From the NCBI GenBank assembly GCA_009841115.1, contig VXML01000109.1, positions 38,911-102,910 on the forward strand: a DNA stretch of 64,000 nt, given 5' to 3'. Shown here one piece after another: positions 8,391 to 16,592 of the stretch. Below the pieces are notes generated by a model. It made no database searches, was not told where the DNA came from, and saw only the letters and a list, made by a program, of their open reading frames with translations. Position 1 is the stretch's first letter; each line of letters opens with the position of its first letter. The stretch comes from Gemmatimonadota bacterium. Its GTDB lineage: Bacteria > Latescibacterota > UBA2968 > UBA8231. A program made the translations under genes and the position numbers.

Positions 8391-10634
8391 ATGAGCACAG
8401 CAAGCAGTTGGAAAGAAAAACTAGCCGGGCAAATGTCCGCTGAGCTAGCCGACGAAATCGATACCTTCGAGACTCAAATCCACCTGCGCAAGCAGGGCAA
8501 GATGGAGGAGAAGCTCTTCGCCGAAACGCGGTTGCGCCGCGGCGTGTACGGCCAGCGCTACGACAATGGCCAGCGCTACGATGGCACCCAGACGCAACAG
8601 CTACTCTTTCCCGAGCATCAGACCAAGGGGCCAGACACGGTCTGGCACGCCCCGGGCATGATGCGGATCAAAATCCCATTCGGCGGGCTGACGGCCGAAC
8701 AGATGGAAGTGCTAGCCGACGTGGCCGAAGAGTACTCCGAAGAAATCCTGCACGTCACCACGCGCCAAGACTTCCAAATCCACTTCATCCACCTCGAAGA
8801 CACGCCCGACCTGATGCGCCGCCTAGCTTCAGTGGGCATCACCACCCGCGAGGCCTGTGGCAACTCAGTGCGCAACGTCACCGCCTGCCCCCTCTCCGGT
8901 GTCTGCCGCACGGAAACCTTTGACGTAACGCCCTATGCCCAAGCCCTCATGCGCTTCCTGCTCGGGCATCCCGACTGCCAGGACTTCGGGCGCAAATTCA
9001 AGATCGCCTTCTCCGGCTGCCAGCACGAAGCCTGCGGCCTGACCAACATGCACGACCTAGGTGGCATCGCCGTGGTCAAGACCATCGACGGCGAGGAAAA
9101 GCGCGGCTTTAAGCTCTATGTCGGCGGCGGTTTGGGCGCGGTGCCACACCAAGCCCAGCTCTTCGACGAGTTCGTACCCGCCGAGGAATTGCTGCCCATT
9201 GCCCAAGCCATCGCCCGCGTCTTTGCCCGCCTCGGCGAAAAGAAAAACCGCAATCGCGCTCGCATTAAATTCTTGGTCGCCAAGCTCGGCATTGAGGAAT
9301 TCCGCCGCTTGGTGTTGGATGAACGCGCCATCCTGCCCGAAGATCCGCACTGGACCGCGTTCCTCGACGATCTGCACGCCACTGACGAGCAGCCGCTCAA
9401 GCCGGGCCAAGCTCTCAACGGCGCAGCCGCGAGCGAAGGTTTCGCCGAATGGCACCGCACCAACGTCTATCGGCAGCGCCAAGAAGGCTATGCGGTCGCC
9501 ACCGTAGTCCTGCCGCTGGGCGATATCACCTCTAGTCAGCTACGCGCATTAGCTGACATCAGCCGACGCTACGTCCGCGAAACCGTCCGCACTACTGTCG
9601 AGCAGAACCTCGTCCTGCGCTGGGTCAGCGAAACCGATCTGCCGCATCTCTACGACGAACTCGTATCCCTCGGCCTCGCAGAATCTGGCGCTGGGACCAT
9701 TGCCGACGTGACGGCCTGCCCTGGCACCGACACCTGCAAATTAGGCATTGCCTCCTCGCGCGGCCTAGCCGCTGAGATGCGCAAGCGGCTCGGCGAAGAA
9801 AACGGCCAACTCAACGAGGCCATTGAAGCCCTGCGGATCAAGATCAGCGGCTGCTTCAACTCCTGCGGCCAACACCACGCCGCTGACATCGGCTTCTACG
9901 GCAACAGCCGCAAGATCAACGGCATCACCGTGCCGCACTTTCAGGTTGTCTTGGGCGGCCAGTGGCGGGAAAACGCCGGCTCCTTCGGCTTGGCCACCGG
10001 TGCCGTGCCCTCCAAGAACATTCCCGAGGTCGTCGCCCGCTTAGCCAAGCACTTTGTTGACGAGCGCGCCGAGGACGAGACCTTCAAGGACTTCATCACC
10101 CGCATTGGCAAGCGCGAAGTCAAGGCCATGCTCGAAGACTTGACCCAAGTGCCGTCCCACGAGGAAAATAGCTGGTACTACCAAGATTGGGGCGACACCC
10201 GCGAGTTTACTATGGACGACCTCGGCAAAGGCGAGTGCGCCGGCGAAGTCGTTTCCATCACGACCATGGAAATCGCCGCGGCCGAGCGCGAGGTCTTTGA
10301 AGCGCAAGTCGCCTTTGACGAGGGCCAGCTAGAAACCGCTTGGCAAGGCGCTTTGAACGCCATGCTGCGCTCGGCCCGCGCCCTAGTCAAAGAGCAATTC
10401 TACGACGTACCCGAAGCGCCCGAGGTAGTGGTAGCTGAATTCCGCGCGCGCTTCTACGACAGCGAGTTGTTCTCGCCGAAATTTGCCAATTACCTCTTCG
10501 CCGCGCATCAGAACCCGCCGAGCGAATTGACCAAGGTGCAAGTCCACCGCTTTATCGAGGAAGCGCAACTTTTCATCGAAGGTGCGTACACCTGCTACGA
10601 CAAAATCGCCGTACCTGCCGGCACCACCGCTTGA
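8391..10634 (+). CDS. Ferredoxin-dependent sulfite/nitrite reductase hemoprotein (siroheme/4Fe-4S) with an extra C-terminal helical region
   Basis: TTRQDFQIHFI, CPGTDTCKLG and SGCFNSCGQHHAADIGFYG are the NiR/SiR cluster-binding motifs. The ORF track starts at TTG 8358; the ATG at 8391 follows AGAGG. About 170 residues follow the last NiR/SiR motif. Confidence 0.85.
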   Translation: MSTASSWKEKLAGQMSAELADEIDTFETQIHLRKQGKMEEKLFAETRLRRGVYGQRYDNGQRYDGTQTQQLLFPEHQTKGPDTVWHAPGMMRIKIPFGGLTAEQMEVLADVAEEYSEEILHVTTRQDFQIHFIHLEDTPDLMRRLASVGITTREACGNSVRNVTACPLSGVCRTETFDVTPYAQALMRFLLGHPDCQDFGRKFKIAFSGCQHEACGLTNMHDLGGIAVVKTIDGEEKRGFKLYVGGGLGAVPHQAQLFDEFVPAEELLPIAQAIARVFARLGEKKNRNRARIKFLVAKLGIEEFRRLVLDERAILPEDPHWTAFLDDLHATDEQPLKPGQALNGAAASEGFAEWHRTNVYRQRQEGYAVATVVLPLGDITSSQLRALADISRRYVRETVRTTVEQNLVLRWVSETDLPHLYDELVSLGLAESGAGTIADVTACPGTDTCKLGIASSRGLAAEMRKRLGEENGQLNEAIEALRIKISGCFNSCGQHHAADIGFYGNSRKINGITVPHFQVVLGGQWRENAGSFGLATGAVPSKNIPEVVARLAKHFVDERAEDETFKDFITRIGKREVKAMLEDLTQVPSHEENSWYYQDWGDTREFTMDDLGKGECAGEVVSITTMEIAAAEREVFEAQVAFDEGQLETAWQGALNAMLRSARALVKEQFYDVPEAPEVVVAEFRARFYDSELFSPKFANYLFAAHQNPPSELTKVQVHRFIEEAQLFIEGAYTCYDKIAVPAGTTA

Positions 10635-10640
10635 GTCTCT

Positions 10641-11219
10641 ATGGAATCTCTACAGCGCATCAACGTCAAATTCTATCTCGAAAATCCCGCGTCTCTATCG
10701 GCCGAAGAGGCTTTTCGCATCTTCAATAGTTGGATCCCGACGACCCCAGACGAAGTCCTCATCGACGTGGCCGACTACAGCCACCTAGACGAAGGACCGC
10801 TGACCCTGCTCGTCGGCCACGAAGCCAACTACAGCCTCGACAACCACAGCGCCGAGATGGGTTTGCTCTACTCGCGCAAACAACCCGCCGACGGAGACCT
10901 GACCGCGCGACTTGCCAACGCCTTCAAAGCGGCACTCACCGCCTGCCGACGCCTCGAAGAAGAGCCCAGCCTAGCGGGCAAAGTCAAATTTCGCTGCGGT
11001 GACGTGTTCATAGTGGCTAACGACCGCCTCAATGCAACCAACGACGACGACGGCGAAAACACCCTGCGGGCTGCCCTCGACCCGGTACTCGCCCAACTCT
11101 TCGCCGGTGCCGAGTACGCAGTAGAACGCGACGGTGCCCCCCAACTACGCCTCAACCTGAGAATACGCTGCCAAACCGACGCCGACACGGCGACCCTGCT
11201 GGGCAATCTCGCCGCTTGA
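10641..11219 (+). CDS. Hypothetical protein, co-transcribed with the sulfite/nitrite reductase
   Basis: 192-aa ORF starting 6 bp after the reductase stop on the same strand. It has protein-like composition and no motif I recognise. Confidence 0.6.
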   Translation: MESLQRINVKFYLENPASLSAEEAFRIFNSWIPTTPDEVLIDVADYSHLDEGPLTLLVGHEANYSLDNHSAEMGLLYSRKQPADGDLTARLANAFKAALTACRRLEEEPSLAGKVKFRCGDVFIVANDRLNATNDDDGENTLRAALDPVLAQLFAGAEYAVERDGAPQLRLNLRIRCQTDADTATLLGNLAA

Positions 11220-11285
11220 CAGGGACAAAGTGGCCTCTATAATCAGAGAAGCAATGAAACAATAGCACCTTATTTGGAGGAACCC

Positions 11286-11600
11286 ATGGCTTACTACATC
11301 ACTGAAACCTGCATCGACGTCAAAGACAAGGGCTGCGTCGAGGTTTGCCCAGTCGATTGCATCCATCCGATCGACGGCGAAGGCGAACCCATGCTCTACA
11401 TCGACCCGGACGAGTGCATCGATTGCGGCGCCTGCGAGCCAGAGTGCCCAGTCGAAGCGATCTTCGCCGAAGAGGACATGCCCGATGATCAAGACCGCTT
11501 CGTCGAGATCAACACCAAGTACTTTGAGCTGCGCGACGATCCCGAAGAATGGAACGAGTGGAAGCAGGAACACGCAGCCGAATTCGAAAAAACCAGCTAG
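11286..11600 (+). CDS. fdxA: 7Fe-type ferredoxin (3Fe-4S + 4Fe-4S)
   Basis: MAYYITETCIDVKDKGCVEVCPVDCIHP...CIDCGACEPECPVEAI. GGAGG lies just upstream of the ATG at 11286; the track start at 11274 is a TTG extension. Confidence 0.9.
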   Translation: MAYYITETCIDVKDKGCVEVCPVDCIHPIDGEGEPMLYIDPDECIDCGACEPECPVEAIFAEEDMPDDQDRFVEINTKYFELRDDPEEWNEWKQEHAAEFEKTS

Positions 11601-11614
11601 GACACCCGCTCTTT

Positions 11615-11661
11615 GCGCGAAAAAGCCGGGACGCCCCACGGGTTTCCCGGCTTTTTCGCGC
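11615..11661. terminator. Rho-independent terminator-like hairpin (bidirectional form)
   Basis: GCGCGAAAAAGCCGGGA (11615-11631) is the perfect reverse complement of TCCCGGCTTTTTCGCGC (11645-11661), with a 13-nt loop. A-run and T-run are built into the stem. It lies 15 bp after the ferredoxin stop. Confidence 0.75.
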
Positions 11662-11725
11662 TTGACGATATCGGACCCACCTCGCTTATTTTTTTGCCCA
11701 ACGAGCATTGCCGGAGATAGCGTAC

Positions 11726-12736
11726 ATGGCGAAGACAACTACCCGCAAAAAACCTAAAGCAAAGAAAGCCAAGCTCCGGGCCGCGCCCGACAAGCTGTGG
11801 TTTATGTACCGCAAGATGTCGGAGATCCGCCTCTTTGAAGAGCACGTCTGGGACGTCTATACCCGCGGCCTGATGCCCGGCCTAGCCCACCTCTACATCG
11901 GCGAGGAAGGCGTGGCCGTCGGCACTTGCGCAGCCTTGCGCGACGACGACTACATCACCAGTACCCACCGCGGCCACGGGCACTGTCTGGCCAAAGGCGG
12001 CCAACTCGACCGCATGATGGCCGAGATCATGGGCAAGGAGGCCGGCTATTGCCGCGGCAAGGGCGGGTCCATGCACATCGCCGATATGTCGCTGGGCATC
12101 CTCGGTGCCAACGGCATTGTCGGCGGCGGCTTCGGCATCTGCACCGGCGCCGGCCTGTCGGCCAAACTGCGCGGTAGCGATCAAGTGGGCGTCTGCTTCT
12201 TCGGCGACGGCGCGGCCAACCAAGGCATCATGCTCGAAACAATCAACATGGCCGTGATCTGGAACCTGCCGGTCATCTACATCTGCGAGAACAACCAGTA
12301 CGGCGAGCACACCCCCTACGAGAGCGTCACCGGCGTCACCGACATTGCCGACCGCGCCAAGGGGCTTGGCCTCGAAGGGATCATCGCCGACGGTGCCGAT
12401 GTGTTGGAGATGTACGAAAAAGTAACCGCGGCCGTGACCAAGGCACGCCAGGGCGGCGGCCCGAGCCTAATCGAAGCCAAAACCTACCGCTACCACGGAC
12501 ACCACGTCGGCGACGCCCAGACCTATCGCACCCGCGATGAAGTCGGCTGGTGGTCTGAGAACAAGGACCCCATTCGCCTGCTGGGCCAGTACATGGTCGC
12601 CAACCGAGTCGCCAAACAGGCCGAGCTCGACGCCCTGTACGAGCAAGTAGAGCGCGAGGTCCTCGACGCCATCGAATTCGGCAAAGAAGCCGACTTCCCC
12701 CCGCCAGAACAAGCTTTTGAGGACATATATGCCTGA
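11726..12736 (+). CDS. Thiamine-diphosphate-dependent 2-oxoacid dehydrogenase E1 component, alpha subunit (pyruvate/acetoin type)
   Basis: GHGHCLAKG, the GDGAANQG TPP-binding region and YRYHGHHVGD. The ATG at 11726 (MAKTTTRKK) is preferred over the track start at 11708. Confidence 0.85.
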   Translation: MAKTTTRKKPKAKKAKLRAAPDKLWFMYRKMSEIRLFEEHVWDVYTRGLMPGLAHLYIGEEGVAVGTCAALRDDDYITSTHRGHGHCLAKGGQLDRMMAEIMGKEAGYCRGKGGSMHIADMSLGILGANGIVGGGFGICTGAGLSAKLRGSDQVGVCFFGDGAANQGIMLETINMAVIWNLPVIYICENNQYGEHTPYESVTGVTDIADRAKGLGLEGIIADGADVLEMYEKVTAAVTKARQGGGPSLIEAKTYRYHGHHVGDAQTYRTRDEVGWWSENKDPIRLLGQYMVANRVAKQAELDALYEQVEREVLDAIEFGKEADFPPPEQAFEDIYA

Positions 12737-13712
12737 TCGGGACATGCTGTTTAGAGAGGCGATCGGCCTAGCCACGGCCGAGGAAATGCGCCGCGACGAG
12801 ACCGTCTTTGTCATGGGCGAAGACGTGGGGGCCTCCGGCGGCATCTTCAAATGCTGCGAGGGCCTCTTCGAGGAATTCGGCGCTGAACGCGTCATCGACA
12901 CCCCCATTGCCGAGGCCGGCTACATCGGGCTCGGTGTCGGTGCCGCCATGACCGGCATGCGCCCGCTGTGCGAGCTGATGTTCGGCGACTTTTCGCTGTT
13001 GACCATGGACCAAATCGTCAATCAGGCGGCCAAGATCCGCTACATGTCGGGCGGCCAATGCAAGGTGCCGCTGACGATCCGGCTGTCAATGGGGGCCGGG
13101 CGCTCTTCAGCCGCGCAGCACTCGCAGAGCCTGCACGCGCTTTTCGCCCATATTCCCGGCTTGAAAGTCGCCATCCCTGCGACGCCGCGCGACGCCAAGG
13201 GCTTGCTCAAGACCGCGATCCGCGACGACAATCCCGTGCTGTTCTTCGAAGACAAAATGATGTACAACGACTCCGGTCCCGTGCCCGAAGAAGACGACTT
13301 CCTCATTCCCTTTGGCGAGGCCGAGATCAAGCGCGCTGGCACCGATCTAACCCTCGTCGCCACCTCCAGCATGGTCGGCGTTGCCCTAGCGGCTGCCGAA
13401 GACCTCGCCGCCCAAGGCCTAGAAGCCGAGGTCGTCGATCCGCGCACCCTCGTGCCGCTGGACAAGGAGACCCTGCTCGCCTCGGTGCGCAAAACCGGCT
13501 ATGCAGTGGTGATTGACGAAGGCGTCGAGCGCTACGGCACCACGGCCGAACTTGCTTCCATCCTCAACGCCGAGGCATTCGATTGGCTCGACGCCCCCGT
13601 CTTGCGCATCGGCGCGGCCGACGTGCCCATCCCCTTCAGCCCCACCCTCGAGATGCCGACCATCCCTAGCCAAGAGCGCATCGTCGAGACCGTCCTCTCC
13701 CAGCGAGGTTAG
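12729..13712 (+). CDS. 2-oxoacid dehydrogenase E1 component, beta subunit
   Basis: FVMGEDVG..GGIFK...ERVIDTPIAEAG is typical of E1 beta. The ATG at 12729 overlaps the alpha-subunit stop by 8 nt. Confidence 0.85.
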   Translation: MPDRDMLFREAIGLATAEEMRRDETVFVMGEDVGASGGIFKCCEGLFEEFGAERVIDTPIAEAGYIGLGVGAAMTGMRPLCELMFGDFSLLTMDQIVNQAAKIRYMSGGQCKVPLTIRLSMGAGRSSAAQHSQSLHALFAHIPGLKVAIPATPRDAKGLLKTAIRDDNPVLFFEDKMMYNDSGPVPEEDDFLIPFGEAEIKRAGTDLTLVATSSMVGVALAAAEDLAAQGLEAEVVDPRTLVPLDKETLLASVRKTGYAVVIDEGVERYGTTAELASILNAEAFDWLDAPVLRIGAADVPIPFSPTLEMPTIPSQERIVETVLSQRG

Positions 13713-13868
13713 GCTTTTGTCGCGCCCGGAGGGCCTACGGAAGCGGCAATCCAGTTCATAATATAGGCGTCGCTGCCCGCTTACGAGTATAACTATCTAG
13801 GGCATTCACCTTGGTACACTTCTTGCCATGGACCTGCCGAGGCTTTTCCCATCCCAAGGAGAACCGCC

Positions 13869-15311
13869 ATGATCCGCTTCGTCCTTTTGATCTTCGGCCT
13901 GACCCTAGTCGCCTGCTCTGACCCCAAACCGGTAGCACCCCATCCTGCAGGCAAAACCAACTGTGCCTTATGCGAGTTCTTAGGTGACGACAACTACACC
14001 ATTGCCGACGCCGAACAGGACACCGATGAAAGCACCGACGGCTCGTCCGAGGCAGAAGCCGATAGCACACAAACAAACTCTGTAGCGGAAGCCGATAGCA
14101 CTCAAGTGGACTCCTCTTTGGTCTCAGGCTCAGATCTAGCAAGTTTCTTGGGAGACGACAACTACACCATTGCCGACCAGTTTTTCGCCGACGCCAATCT
14201 GGAGAGAGCGGTGCGACAGGCGCTGAACCGACCACAAGGAGCCCTGACACCGGAGGACTTTGCTCCTCTGACCACGCTCTCGGCCAGCGATAAAGACATT
14301 CGTAGTTTGGTGGGCCTTGAGCACTTTACAGCCCTGCAAGCACTAACTCTGAGCGACAACCAGATCGCCGATATAACCCCACTTACCCAACTAACCAACC
14401 TGAAACGACTAGACCTGAAAAAAAATGAGATCGCCGATATAACCCCGCTAACCGACTTGACGAACCTACTCTTGCTAGACCTGAGCAACAATCAGATCGC
14501 CGATATAACCCCGCTAACTCAAATGACCGATCTGTTAAAGCTGTACCTGAGTGGCAACGAGATCGCCGATATAACTTCGCTGAACCAAATAACCAAACTG
14601 TCAGATCTACATCTGGACTGGAACCAGATTGTCGATATAACCCCGCTGCACCAAATGACTGAGCTAAAAAAACTGGAACTACGGGGTAACCGGATTGTCG
14701 ACATAACCCCGCTAGCCGACTTGGATCTAAACTCGCTAGATCTGAGTGGCAATCAAATATCTGATCTCACCCCACTGAGCGTCTTGGACTTGTTAACCCT
14801 AGAGCTGGGGAACAACCAGATTACCGACCTTACCCCATTGGAAACTTTGAAAAGCCTGTCTTGGCTAGATCTAGGCGACAACCAGATTACCGATCTAACC
14901 TCGCTGGTCGCCTTGAAGAGCGGCCTGCATACCCTGTTTCTGGATAACAATCAGCTATCCAATCTAACCCCGCTGGCCCAACTGACCGGCCTAGGTTGGC
15001 TATATCTGGAACACAACCAAATAGTTGACCTAACCCCGCTGGCCTCACTAACTCAACTAACAGGGCTGATTCTGAACAACAATCAGATCGTCGATCTAAC
15101 TCCGCTGACCCCGTTGACGAATCTGAATAGGCTGCATCTACACGACAATCGGATTGAAGACCTAGCTCCCCTGATCGCCAATCCCGGCATGGATGAAGGC
15201 GTTTCGGGGTGGGTGGATTCAGTAACCTTGCGTGGAAATCCCCTTAACACCCAAGCCCTCACTGAACAGATTCCCGCCTTGATAGCAAGAGGCGTCAGCG
15301 TTGAATACTAA
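13869..15311 (+). CDS. Lipoprotein with 13 internalin-like 22-residue leucine-rich repeats (LRR paralog 1)
   Basis: Lipobox LTLVAC, an acidic linker, then repeats of the form LxxLxLxxNxIxDITPLxxLTx. C-terminal cap NPLNTQALTEQIPALIARGVSVEY. Confidence 0.9.
   Translation: MIRFVLLIFGLTLVACSDPKPVAPHPAGKTNCALCEFLGDDNYTIADAEQDTDESTDGSSEAEADSTQTNSVAEADSTQVDSSLVSGSDLASFLGDDNYTIADQFFADANLERAVRQALNRPQGALTPEDFAPLTTLSASDKDIRSLVGLEHFTALQALTLSDNQIADITPLTQLTNLKRLDLKKNEIADITPLTDLTNLLLLDLSNNQIADITPLTQMTDLLKLYLSGNEIADITSLNQITKLSDLHLDWNQIVDITPLHQMTELKKLELRGNRIVDITPLADLDLNSLDLSGNQISDLTPLSVLDLLTLELGNNQITDLTPLETLKSLSWLDLGDNQITDLTSLVALKSGLHTLFLDNNQLSNLTPLAQLTGLGWLYLEHNQIVDLTPLASLTQLTGLILNNNQIVDLTPLTPLTNLNRLHLHDNRIEDLAPLIANPGMDEGVSGWVDSVTLRGNPLNTQALTEQIPALIARGVSVEY
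14331..15183 (+). repeat. Coding tandem array with about 66-bp period (13 LRR units)
   Basis: Counted from the translation (ALQALTLSDNQIADITPLTQLTN ... LNRLHLHDNRIEDLAPLIAN). Boundaries are approximate. Confidence 0.8.
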
Positions 15312-15349
15312 ATCCGCCACTGTGCCTCTTCTGCGAAAAGAGGACTGCC

Positions 15350-16522
15350 ATGATGCGTTTCATCCTTTTTGTTTTCCTCCTGACCCTAGTCGCCTGCTCT
15401 GACCCCAAACCGGTGGCACCCCATCCTGCAGGCAAAGCCAACTGTGCCTTATGCGAATTCTTGGGCGACGACAACTACACCATTGCCGACGACGAGCAGG
15501 ACACCGATGATAGCTCCGACAGCTCGTCCGAGGCAGAAGCCGAGGCCGACAGCACCCAAGCGGACTCCGCAGCAGAAGCCGATAGTACTCAGGCGGATTC
15601 CTCTTTGGTCTCAGATTCAGATCTAGCAAGTTTCTTGGGAGACGACCGGTATACCATTGCCGACCGGTTTCTCGCCGACGCCAATCTGGAGAGTGCGGTG
15701 CGACAGGCGATGAGCCGACCACAAGGCCGCCTTATACCAGAAGAAGTCGCTTTCCTAAGCAGGCTTTCGGCCAGTAGTAAAAACATTCAGAGTTTGGTGG
15801 GCCTTGAGCACTTTATAGCCCTGCAAACACTGGATTTGGAGAGAAACCGGATTGTCGATGTTACCCCACTAGCCCAACTGACCAACCTAGAGAGGCTGTT
15901 CCTGAGCTTCAACCAGATTGTCGATATAACCCCAATCAAACAACTAACTGAACTGAAGCGGCTGGAACTAAGGGACAACCAGATTGTCGATATAACCCCA
16001 ATCAAACAACTAACTGCTCTAGAGATACTGCGTCTAGAGGACAACCAGATTGTCGATGTTACCCCCCTAAATCAATTAACCAACTTAGGTTGGCTATCTC
16101 TGTCGGACAACCGGATTGTCGATCTGAACCCACTGACGCAACTACCCAACCTAAGGTCGCTGTACCTGGGCTTCAATCGGATTGTCGATATAACTCCGCT
16201 GACCCAACTGACGGCCCTAAGGTCGCTGTACCTGTCCGGTAACCAGATTGACGATCTGACCCCACTCAAACAACTGACTGAGCTGAGTTGGCTAGCTCTA
16301 TCCGGCAGCCAGATTGACGATCTGACCCCACTTAAACAACTGACCAACCTGCGTGGGCTGTATCTGGGCTACAACCAAATTACCGACCTAAGTCCTCTAG
16401 TCGCCAACGCCGGCCTAGGTGAAGGCGCTGAGGTGTTTTTGCAAGACAACCCCCTCAGCGACCAAGCCCTCAACGAACAGATTCCCGCTCTGAGAGCAAG
16501 GGGCGTCGACGTACGATTCTAA
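15350..16522 (+). CDS. Lipoprotein with 9 leucine-rich repeats (LRR paralog 2, tandem duplicate of paralog 1)
   Basis: The N-terminal roughly 150 aa are near-identical to paralog 1 (LTLVACSDPKPVAPHPAGK.NCALCEFLGDDNYTIAD). Same repeat type, with cap NPLSDQALNEQIPALRARGVDVRF. Confidence 0.9.
   Translation: MMRFILFVFLLTLVACSDPKPVAPHPAGKANCALCEFLGDDNYTIADDEQDTDDSSDSSSEAEAEADSTQADSAAEADSTQADSSLVSDSDLASFLGDDRYTIADRFLADANLESAVRQAMSRPQGRLIPEEVAFLSRLSASSKNIQSLVGLEHFIALQTLDLERNRIVDVTPLAQLTNLERLFLSFNQIVDITPIKQLTELKRLELRDNQIVDITPIKQLTALEILRLEDNQIVDVTPLNQLTNLGWLSLSDNRIVDLNPLTQLPNLRSLYLGFNRIVDITPLTQLTALRSLYLSGNQIDDLTPLKQLTELSWLALSGSQIDDLTPLKQLTNLRGLYLGYNQITDLSPLVANAGLGEGAEVFLQDNPLSDQALNEQIPALRARGVDVRF
15818..16408 (+). 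repeat. Coding tandem array with about 66-bp period (9 LRR units)
   Basis: Counted from the translation (ALQTLDLERNRIVDVTPLAQLTN ... LRGLYLGYNQITDLSPLVAN). Boundaries are approximate. Confidence 0.8.
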
Positions 16523-16592
16523 GCCCAACTCCCCCTCTCGGCCCGCTCCTCATACATTGACGACTCTATCTTGGTTGATTATCGTTCAGGGC

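Noticed and set aside
11145-11738. 197-aa minus-strand ORF overlapping the ferredoxin gene and terminator
   Set aside because: It is antisense to a gene with unmistakable ferredoxin cysteine motifs. Its translation is low-complexity and it spans a terminator hairpin, so it is a typical GC-rich shadow ORF.
14331-16408. Regular ~66-bp periodic repeats that could be mistaken for a CRISPR array
   Set aside because: The repeats lie in one open reading frame per gene and translate to canonical 22-residue leucine-rich repeats. There is no repeat/unique-spacer alternation, and no cas genes are nearby.
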